A stretch of DNA of 32,000 nt from Ruminococcus albus 7 = DSM 20455 (GTDB lineage: Bacteria; Bacillota; Clostridia; Oscillospirales; Ruminococcaceae), in assembly GCF_000179635.2 (NCBI RefSeq), contig NC_014833.1, positions 3,600,001-3,632,000 of the forward strand, given 5' to 3'. Positions 24,676 to 32,000 of the stretch are shown here, piece after piece (within the stretch, counting starts at the first letter, position 1; every line of letters starts with the position of its first letter). The notes below the pieces were generated by a model. The model was not told the origin of the DNA, searched no databases, and saw only the letters and a program-made list of their open reading frames with translations. Made by a program: the position numbers and the translations under genes.

Positions 24676-24761
24676 GGCTTGTTTGCTGAATGCCTGCGAA
24701 ACTGTGTCTATAGACACACTCCCCCTCCCCCATTATTATTCGCAGGCATTCAGCAGATAAT
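24676..24761 (+). repeat. Composite hairpin repeat, copy 2
   Basis: Perfect 16-bp arms GCTGAATGCCTGCGAA (24685-24700) and TTCGCAGGCATTCAGC (24739-24754). The loop carries the perfect palindrome and a C-rich tract. Confidence 0.85.
24703..24718. repeat. Palindrome TGTGTCTATAGACACA, copy 5
   Basis: Perfect 16-bp palindrome in the loop of composite repeat 2. Confidence 0.9.
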
Positions 24762-24803
24762 ACGGTCTGCTATAAAATTATAATTTAAAAGGAGGTTTTT
24801 CTA

Positions 24804-25607
24804 TTGAGAATCCAAGTATCCGCGTCCAGGTATACCCCGCCTGCGGGAGATACCAACAACACAAGAGGTTTTGCATCAGTCAAGTTCCAGAACGACAATG
24901 GTGATGAGTATATGCTCGAACGTATAACTATCAGAGAGTCAGCCAACGGAATGTACGTCAGCCTACCGACCGTAGCACGTAATGCCAAGGTCAACGGTTC
25001 TCCGGTGTATGATTCAAACGGTAATCCCAAAAAAGAATTTACAGAGGTCCTGCACCCTGTAAACAACGCTGCACGTACTGAATTGTGTAACGCCATCATG
25101 GAGCGCTGGAGGGCGAATGACAGAGAGTATGCCGAGTTCAATATCCTTGGTAATACTCAGTTTGAGATGAGCAAGATCAACGTCAACCTGCACAGCGATC
25201 AGGCAAAACACCTTGTCGGAATCGGCTCGGTAACATTCGGTGATGCTTTTAAACTTGACAGCATCATGGTCAAAGAGGGCAGCAAGGGCGAATTCCTTGA
25301 TTTGCCCAGCTATCGCACAAAAAAATATGATCCCGAAACAAAGCAGATAGTGATAGGCGCAGACGGACAGCCTGAGATAGACTACCGTGATTTGTTCCAC
25401 CCGAACACCCGAGAAGCCTATGATAAGCTGACCAATGCAGTCCTGGATAGTCTTCACGCTAAACAACAGGCACAGGATAATAGCTATGCTGCATACGAAC
25501 AGCAGCAGAACAACTATAATCAGCAGAGTGCTGCCGCTGCCATTCCCGACTACGATCCATTCAGTGGTTTTGAAGATATAACACCGCAGTACGGACGCGG
25601 AAGATAA
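24804..25607 (+). CDS. Tandem SpoVG-like domain protein with a Gln/Asn-rich tail (TTG start)
   Basis: AAAGGAGG lies 8 nt before TTG 24804. Two segments match the SpoVG pattern: ...RGFASVKF...ITIRESANGMYVSLP...EFTEVLHPVN..AR.EL..AI and ...GIGSVTFGDAFKLDSIMVKEGSKGEFLDLPS...YRDLFHPNTREAYDKLTNAVL. Confidence 0.6.
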   Translation: MRIQVSASRYTPPAGDTNNTRGFASVKFQNDNGDEYMLERITIRESANGMYVSLPTVARNAKVNGSPVYDSNGNPKKEFTEVLHPVNNAARTELCNAIMERWRANDREYAEFNILGNTQFEMSKINVNLHSDQAKHLVGIGSVTFGDAFKLDSIMVKEGSKGEFLDLPSYRTKKYDPETKQIVIGADGQPEIDYRDLFHPNTREAYDKLTNAVLDSLHAKQQAQDNSYAAYEQQQNNYNQQSAAAAIPDYDPFSGFEDITPQYGRGR

Positions 25608-25728
25608 TTTCTTCTCTCTCGGAGAATAAAAACTCAAAACAATAAGCACAAACTTTAATCGTTACTCCCTAGGGAAACAAAGCTATAATCACTCCTACGG
25701 GAGATTTTGTTGCGAAAGGATATAAATA

Positions 25729-28700
25729 ATGAGATTAAATAATTCAATAGAAAACTGGCAGAATTATCTCAGCTTTTCATCAAATCTTTATTCTTATGGT
25801 TATGCGGATATCATGAAAGTGTATTCCGCAGAACCTACCGCAACTGCCGTTGCCACACTGGAAGAATGGAACAGAATGGGCAGATTTATAAATCCCAAAG
25901 CTAAAGGTTTCATTTTCAGTGACGGACATATACGCTATGACATTAAGGATACAAACGGCGCGTCCGTAAGAAAATGGCAGTTTACAAGTGGTCACATTCC
26001 CTTTTATTATGACCATTTCAACGCCATGAACATAACAGATAATGTTATGCTCGATAATGGAAATGACTTCTCAGTAAACATCTGTGATTTTCTCTGCGAA
26101 ATGATGTCAAAAGACAAGTCCCTTTCCGGTGTTGTTAATGAGAATGTAAGGGAAATTGCGGCTTTATCTACTACGTATGTTATCTGCGAAAGACTTGGTA
26201 TTGATAAAAATGAAACATATCTCGACTTATCTGACATTACAAAACTGTCAGATGAAGAAGTCAACCTTACAGCTACAATTACCGCGATATATGCAAGGTC
26301 AATGCTTAAAGCTGCTCAAAGGACAGTATCTTCTGTAACAAAGGAACAGATAGAAGAACGCAGCAGAAATGTCATGTTTACAGCCGAAGAACTTAGCGAA
26401 TTTGAAGATATTACCGATGCAGTATATGACGAGGAAATCTCTGAGGAAACTACTGTTGAAACGGCAGAAGATGAAGAAAAGAAGTATACTGTACCCGAAA
26501 CACTTGAAAATGTCACAGCCGACAATAACAATGATGATATTATTCAGCAAAATAAAAGTGTGGTTACTGTTCAGCCCGTATCTGAAGTATCAGATAGCGG
26601 CTTAACTGCCGAAAAACAGCAAGAAATACTTGAAACTGCACTTATGATAGAAAACAGCTCTATCAATAAAGAACGTATCAACGCTTTGTTTTCGGGTAAC
26701 ATCGGTGTTAATGCTCTGACCTCTTATGTAAGGACTAATTACAAAGGTAAAAGCTATAACTCGACCAATGATGATATTATCAGCGCATATCTTGCAAGAA
26801 ATGATTGTTTCGTGGTAAGATACAATATTGATGGAAATGCGGGAAATCTGTCATTTGATTGGCAGACCGTAACAAACACCATAGATCAACTTATCCGTGA
26901 GGATAGATTTATAACACCCAAAGAAAAAGACGATACAGCGGAAGAAAAAACCTCGCTTACGCTGCATAAAGTCGGTGACTTTTGGGAAATGTACGATAAT
27001 GATGCCCGGGCTGCTTCTGAAGCACTCGGGCTTTATCTTTCAAGGAAAGGAAAAGTCGCTATGTGCGGCTTTCCTGATAAAGAGAAAGATAACTACACTC
27101 AAAGACTGCGTGATGCAGGATTTATCATTATAAATGATAATATCCCGGAGAATAAAAAAGAAACTCTCCTTGACAGCATTACCATTAAGTTCGGAACAGA
27201 AAACGATCCCGAACTGACAACAGAAAGCAAGCTGCTTGACGATCTCATAACTAAATACAGAAATGAACATAACGGTAACGATATGAGTTTCGCGCTTGCA
27301 AATGCCGTAATCGAGTATCTTGATGAAAAGCAGCATACTGAGCGTACCGATAAAGACAACAAAGTTGGCTGGTACAAGAAAACATGGTTTACAGTTACCG
27401 CAACAATAAGCGGCGAACAGTTTTCCTATGAGGCAAGATATGATATAGGTGACGGTAAAGGAACAGGCGGCGGCTCTATAATCGACCATATTGAGCAGTT
27501 TCAGACCGAGATAATCCGTCAGAAACCATATCCATACAATACAGAAGATAGTCAAAACACAGCCAAAAATGCAGTTGACATTTTAATACCGTATCTGAAA
27601 GCTAATACCGAGCTGACAGAAGAAGAAAAGCTGATACTGTGGGAACTGAAAAGAGATAATCCGATCAAGGGTATACAGCCTGTGTTGGATCCTAAACTAC
27701 TCACTCACTATATACCGTCCGGACTTCCGCTGATAGCTGATAACAATGATGTTTTCTTTGTATTACGGCATGATCGTTTCTATCATCATAACAGACAGGA
27801 AATTGCAGATTTCTTTGAAACTCATGCAAATGCCAAAGAACGTGAGCAGTTTATCCGTAAAGCTATAAACGAAGAATATTCACAGCTTTCAACAGATGAA
27901 GAAAAGACCATGGGCTACAAAACATTCGAGGATGGTCTTTGCATCTGGGAAGGTAATTATATGTCCCACACAGCCGAGAATTTCTATTCTTGGGAAGATG
28001 TTGTAACATTATTCGCTGATATGATGCAACGCGGTGAATATCTTGACACTCAGATAATTGATACACCTGAAACGGTTGAAGATAACGTACAGGAAGATGC
28101 TGCTGCACAGCTTTCATTTTTCGGTGAACCCGAAACAATGGCTGCCACAACAAAGCCAAAAAGCCGAAAGGATACATCTGAAATTGATACACGTCCAATG
28201 TTCAATGTAACCGATGATATGGTCAACTATGTTCTTAGATGCGGCAGTGCCACAAAAGGAACACTGGAGCGTATTATTGCGCAGTACCAAAAAGGCAAGT
28301 CCGATGCGGAAAACGGCGAGTTTCTCAGCCGTGAGTTTAATAGCAGTTTTCGTTCTGAGGATAATGGTCGAGGGTATGTATATTCAGAGAGTGAACTGAT
28401 CTCATCTTGGTGGGACAGAGAAAGATTGTGGGTAGGTGCAGGCGAAAGCGCACTTAACGCAAAAATGTACAATGTTGCACCATGGAATTTAATTGCTGCA
28501 CGAGTAGGTGAGCTGATTGAAAAAGGTCAGTTCTGTTCACAGGCTGTTATAGATCGTGCAGCTGAAATGGAAATAAAGGATATCGCAGACAAATTATGGT
28601 ATCTGCATCAGGATACCGACAATGAAGAATATCAGTATTTTATCCCGGATGAGATGTTTAAAGGCGGTTTTCCTGACAGTACCGAGAGAATAAAAAATGA

Positions 28701-31700
28701 TCTTATGGACAGCGATAAACTGCAAGACTACATTTCAGGGATGACAAAGTTTGTAAATGATTATGAGCAGAACAGAGATATACTCCGTTGGCATTTTCAT
28801 AGACCGCGTGAAACCTTAGAACGGCTGAAAGACCTGACTATCGAGCGCAAACAATTCAAAGCTGACCCTGATTTTGAGTTTATACCATCGTTCTTTATTT
28901 CCGAAGATGAAAAAAATCGTGTAATACAGCATTTTAACTATCAGACAAAATTCAAGATCCGAGATTATTTTGACGATGAAGAACGCACCACAAAAGATAA
29001 GGTTAAATTCCTGAACAACTTATATTCAGACGGCGGATTTGGCGATAGGGATACAAATTTTTATTACGGTAAAAAGGGCTATACCATAGTTCACTCCCCT
29101 GCTTACGATGAGTGGCAAGGCTGCACAGCCACAATGAACTGGAAAAACGTTGTTGTAAGAATAGACAGCCTTATCAAAATAGACAAATTTATCTCTGAGA
29201 AAGATAAAAAGGAACAGGAAAAGCTCATTCAGCAGAAGCTTTTTGAAGCTAAAAACAAGGAAGAACTTGAAAAGGCAAAAGAGAATATCCGAAACTTTTG
29301 GGAAAGCGAGTACGGTGGTGGCAGTGATGATTTTACCGATCTTCACAAAGTCGGCATAGCATACACTACCGTTGATCTGGACGATAGTCACTATATGGAA
29401 CTTCAGGTATATGCTGACCTTATGGACAATGCTCTGCGCTATTACATCGACAATGAACTTTACAAAGAAGAAAAATACGATGATCTTCATTCGTTCAATG
29501 AGGACGCACTTTCGGTTCTTGATTTTCAAGAACTCTATGACCAGTTCGATATCAGCAAACTGGAAGAAAAATATAATGCTTCAAAACACGAAAAAGAGTC
29601 TTTATCAGCGGAAATATCTGTTAATGCATCAGATAATGAGCTGACTGTAATGCAGTATGGTGCAGCACAGCGAAACCTCAAAGCATTTAATGAACTGTTC
29701 CCTGAGTTCATGCAGAAAGAATACGCTTATATGCGAATGGAAGCCGGGGATGCTTATGAACCGTTAAGCCTTGAATGGCTTTCGGAAGATACTTTCTCCA
29801 TAATGCATTTTTATGACCAGAACGGCGATTTGATGTATGACCCCGATGTTGTTATTAAGGTCGATGCTACTTCTGCGCAGGCAATAAGCTTTGAAAACTC
29901 AAGTCTTGGTATCTATGAAAGCTATACCAGCGGTTTATTTGACCAGGACGATTGCAATAACTTCGTAGAAAAATGGCTTGCGAACATCTCACATCAGGGT
30001 TACAAACCTGTGCGCATAAAAAATTACGATGATGAGATCGTACTTGATACAACATACTCTGAGTTGATGCACGAAAATAAAGCTGAACCTGATATTGACA
30101 GCGATATAATAGGCATTGACAAATTAAAGCGAAATGGCAGTGTAGTCTACTGGAGTTACTTCAATGAAGATGGTAACGATGGTAACGGACAGTTCATCGA
30201 AATGACCATAACCGAATTTGACATCAATGAAGCTGTAAAGGTAATGAGTGCTGCGGGTGGTCGTACCAAATTAGGCTATCAAACATTCATCAACTACATT
30301 GAAGATCACAGTTCTCAGATAGTCGTTGATAAGGGAACAGAAGATTTTGAGGATGTAAAAGCTGAATTTCTGAATGGCGAATACGATATTCAGGTCACAG
30401 CTGATAATGACAGCCGTGAACAGCTGATAGCTGATTTCATTGATAACACCGACCATACCAGAACACTTGTTCCCGATAACATCGGATACGCTATCGGCAT
30501 TTACAGCGGAGAAGCATTTGACAAAACAACTATCGACGAAAATACAAAGAAATACAAGGTAGTTGCTCAGATCGACCGTAAAAACCGCATAGCTGTCAAG
30601 TGGGATGAACCCGATCTCCCTGAGAGCGTAAAGGATGCCATATCAAAGGTAGCACTTACCTATGACATCGTGGAAGATGATACTCAAAAAGCAGAGGATG
30701 CTGCATTGGACTTTCTCGGCTTAGATGAAGTCGATGATGAGTACACCATACTACGTAATAAAAATGATGCGGTTGAGAATGATACAGTTCAGCTTTCCAT
30801 CTTCGGAACACCCGTGTTCACAGAGGAAAATACTCCCGTTGTGCCTGTAAAAGTCGGTGCTGAAATAGAGTATCAGGACAGGACCTATACAGTAACGGCT
30901 ATCAAGCCCGAACACAATGAAATAGATCTTCTCGATCAGCATACCGGATGGTATCCTATAACTCGCGTAGAACCACTTGACGTATTTATATCTGAATACG
31001 ATGCTAAAACAGCAAAATCTGTAGTTGAAGCAGCTGCGGTAGTCAACGGACCTCAGAACTATACTATTACAGATGATGAGTTAGGAGTTGGTACACCGAA
31101 AGAAAAATACAAGGCAAACATTGCTGCTATTAAACTGCTGAAACAGATAGAAGCCGAGGACAGGCAGGCAACAGTCGAGGAACAGGAAGTGCTTGCACAT
31201 TATGTCGGTTGGGGCGGACTTTCGGGAGCTTTTGAAGCAACTAACAGTTCATGGGAAAATGAATACTCAGAACTGAAAAATCTGCTTACACCGGAGGAAT
31301 ACAATGCAGCACTCAATTCCGTGGTAAATGCACACTTTACAAGCCCGGTAATTATCAGAAAGATGTATACCGCACTGGAAAACTTCGGCTTTAAGGGCGG
31401 CAAGGTGCTGGAACCGTCCTGCGGTATCGGTAATTTCTTAGGCTGTGCTCCGACCGACAAAGCGGCTAACTATCAGTTCACGGGAGTTGAGATAGACAGT
31501 ATCACGGGACGTATAGCAAAACAGCTTTATCCGCAGGCAAAAATACAAGTTACTGGCTTTCAGAATGCTGATGTTAAAGACAATTACTTCGATGTAGTAA
31601 TAGGTAATGTACCGTTTGCAAACTACAGCGTGACGGACCGTAAGTATAACAAGTCAAATCACCTGATACATGACTATTTCATACTGAAATCCCTCGATCT

Positions 31701-32000
31701 GACACGCGCAGGCGGTGTAGTTGCAGTAATTACTTCATCTGGTACAATGGATAAGGTGTCCGCAAAGGTACGAACAGAGATCAGCAACAAAGCAAAGCTG
31801 ATTGGTGCTATAAGGCTGCCTGACACAGCATTTGAAAAAAATGCCGGAACAAATGCAGTCGCAGATATCCTTTTCCTGCAAAAGCGTTCAGAACCAAATG
31901 CAGACTATGAAGACTGGCTTGAAGTTGACCGCGAAACATATTACGGTCTGCCTATAAATCAGTATTTCATAGATCACCCCGAAATGGTCTGCGGAACAGT
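25729..32000 (+). CDS. Giant multidomain (polyvalent-type) protein, 5' part; includes a MutS-domain-I-like module and an N6-adenine DNA methyltransferase; continues beyond the window
   Basis: I translated this frame codon by codon from ATG 25729 (AAAGGA RBS) to 32000 and found no stop. It is missing from the ORF track because it has no stop in the window. Recognised motifs: VGDFWEMYDNDARAASEALGLYLSRKG..MCGFP (about 26953-27135), methyltransferase motif I VLEPSCGIGNF (31405-31437) and motif IV GNVPFA (31603-31620). Confidence 0.85.
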   Translation, partial: MRLNNSIENWQNYLSFSSNLYSYGYADIMKVYSAEPTATAVATLEEWNRMGRFINPKAKGFIFSDGHIRYDIKDTNGASVRKWQFTSGHIPFYYDHFNAMNITDNVMLDNGNDFSVNICDFLCEMMSKDKSLSGVVNENVREIAALSTTYVICERLGIDKNETYLDLSDITKLSDEEVNLTATITAIYARSMLKAAQRTVSSVTKEQIEERSRNVMFTAEELSEFEDITDAVYDEEISEETTVETAEDEEKKYTVPETLENVTADNNNDDIIQQNKSVVTVQPVSEVSDSGLTAEKQQEILETALMIENSSINKERINALFSGNIGVNALTSYVRTNYKGKSYNSTNDDIISAYLARNDCFVVRYNIDGNAGNLSFDWQTVTNTIDQLIREDRFITPKEKDDTAEEKTSLTLHKVGDFWEMYDNDARAASEALGLYLSRKGKVAMCGFPDKEKDNYTQRLRDAGFIIINDNIPENKKETLLDSITIKFGTENDPELTTESKLLDDLITKYRNEHNGNDMSFALANAVIEYLDEKQHTERTDKDNKVGWYKKTWFTVTATISGEQFSYEARYDIGDGKGTGGGSIIDHIEQFQTEIIRQKPYPYNTEDSQNTAKNAVDILIPYLKANTELTEEEKLILWELKRDNPIKGIQPVLDPKLLTHYIPSGLPLIADNNDVFFVLRHDRFYHHNRQEIADFFETHANAKEREQFIRKAINEEYSQLSTDEEKTMGYKTFEDGLCIWEGNYMSHTAENFYSWEDVVTLFADMMQRGEYLDTQIIDTPETVEDNVQEDAAAQLSFFGEPETMAATTKPKSRKDTSEIDTRPMFNVTDDMVNYVLRCGSATKGTLERIIAQYQKGKSDAENGEFLSREFNSSFRSEDNGRGYVYSESELISSWWDRERLWVGAGESALNAKMYNVAPWNLIAARVGELIEKGQFCSQAVIDRAAEMEIKDIADKLWYLHQDTDNEEYQYFIPDEMFKGGFPDSTERIKNDLMDSDKLQDYISGMTKFVNDYEQNRDILRWHFHRPRETLERLKDLTIERKQFKADPDFEFIPSFFISEDEKNRVIQHFNYQTKFKIRDYFDDEERTTKDKVKFLNNLYSDGGFGDRDTNFYYGKKGYTIVHSPAYDEWQGCTATMNWKNVVVRIDSLIKIDKFISEKDKKEQEKLIQQKLFEAKNKEELEKAKENIRNFWESEYGGGSDDFTDLHKVGIAYTTVDLDDSHYMELQVYADLMDNALRYYIDNELYKEEKYDDLHSFNEDALSVLDFQELYDQFDISKLEEKYNASKHEKESLSAEISVNASDNELTVMQYGAAQRNLKAFNELFPEFMQKEYAYMRMEAGDAYEPLSLEWLSEDTFSIMHFYDQNGDLMYDPDVVIKVDATSAQAISFENSSLGIYESYTSGLFDQDDCNNFVEKWLANISHQGYKPVRIKNYDDEIVLDTTYSELMHENKAEPDIDSDIIGIDKLKRNGSVVYWSYFNEDGNDGNGQFIEMTITEFDINEAVKVMSAAGGRTKLGYQTFINYIEDHSSQIVVDKGTEDFEDVKAEFLNGEYDIQVTADNDSREQLIADFIDNTDHTRTLVPDNIGYAIGIYSGEAFDKTTIDENTKKYKVVAQIDRKNRIAVKWDEPDLPESVKDAISKVALTYDIVEDDTQKAEDAALDFLGLDEVDDEYTILRNKNDAVENDTVQLSIFGTPVFTEENTPVVPVKVGAEIEYQDRTYTVTAIKPEHNEIDLLDQHTGWYPITRVEPLDVFISEYDAKTAKSVVEAAAVVNGPQNYTITDDELGVGTPKEKYKANIAAIKLLKQIEAEDRQATVEEQEVLAHYVGWGGLSGAFEATNSSWENEYSELKNLLTPEEYNAALNSVVNAHFTSPVIIRKMYTALENFGFKGGKVLEPSCGIGNFLGCAPTDKAANYQFTGVEIDSITGRIAKQLYPQAKIQVTGFQNADVKDNYFDVVIGNVPFANYSVTDRKYNKSNHLIHDYFILKSLDLTRAGGVVAVITSSGTMDKVSAKVRTEISNKAKLIGAIRLPDTAFEKNAGTNAVADILFLQKRSEPNADYEDWLEVDRETYYGLPINQYFIDHPEMVCGT

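Larger units (their letters stand above)
7784..32000. mobile_element. Left part of a large integrated conjugative/mobilisable element (continues past the window end)
   Basis: Starts at the tRNA fragment. Composition drops, genes are uniformly on the + strand, and the content is plasmid/ICE-type: ParA/ParB, exonuclease, NlpC/P60 sortase-anchored surface protein, toxin-antitoxin pair, giant methyltransferase polyprotein. An element-specific palindrome family is present. Confidence 0.7.

Noticed and set aside
22571-24761. Composite repeats as integron attC sites
   Set aside because: There are no R'/R'' core sites (GTTRRRY/RYYYAAC) at the ends, no integron integrase or attI is in view, and the cassette holds four genes in two orientations with their own promoters. 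Only the general analogy of a structured cassette boundary is kept.
22580-24776. Composite hairpins as Frpo-type single-strand promoters of a leading region
   Set aside because: Only a weak -35-like TTCAGC lies in the stem, and the best -10-like boxes (22664-22670, 24771-24776) lie outside the hairpin. The folded ssDNA would therefore not reconstitute a full promoter. The transferred strand and oriT are unknown. Not excluded, but not supported.
24785-25649. Minus-strand ORFs 24785-25141 and 25014-25649
   Set aside because: Both are antisense to the SpoVG-like gene, which has a strong RBS and recognisable domain patterns. Neither has a motif or RBS.
26007-31460. All track ORFs between 26007 and 31460, on either strand (e.g. 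27040-27555, 29026-29529, 26156-26338)
   Set aside because: All lie inside the uninterrupted frame-1 giant ORF, in other frames or antisense. They are short, hydrophobic or low-complexity, and have no RBS.

Overview
Low-GC Firmicute (Clostridia-like) DNA in two parts. (1) Bases 1-7.7 kb are chromosomal backbone, almost all on the minus strand: folD, lgt, an M16 peptidase pair, a GGDEF diguanylate cyclase and an AT-rich spacer with small ORFs. (2) At 7739-7783 there is a truncated 3' half of tRNA-Trp(CCA) that still has its own terminator. From there to the window end the sequence reads as one end of a large integrated conjugative-type element, visibly more AT-rich and almost all on the plus strand. 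Its content is: a ParA/ParB-like module, a DEDDh exonuclease, a YkgJ-type Cys-cluster protein, about 10 tightly packed orphan ORFs, a lipoprotein, a 1248-aa sortase-anchored NlpC/P60 plus Cna-B-repeat surface protein, a very AT-rich cassette (two orphans plus a PIN/Phd toxin-antitoxin pair), a tandem SpoVG-like protein, and a giant ORF (25729 to beyond 32000, at least 2090 codons). The giant ORF is missing from the supplied ORF track. It contains a MutS-domain-I-like module and an N6-adenine methyltransferase. No integrase, relaxase or T4SS genes lie in the window; they are presumably beyond 32 kb. The most interesting non-coding signals are two. First, a 16-bp perfect palindrome, TGTGTCTATAGACACA, recurs at five operon junctions of the element. 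Second, two ~85-nt composite hairpin repeats show a compensatory base-pair change and bracket the toxin-antitoxin/orphan cassette. All protein calls rest on motif recognition by eye; no searches were run.
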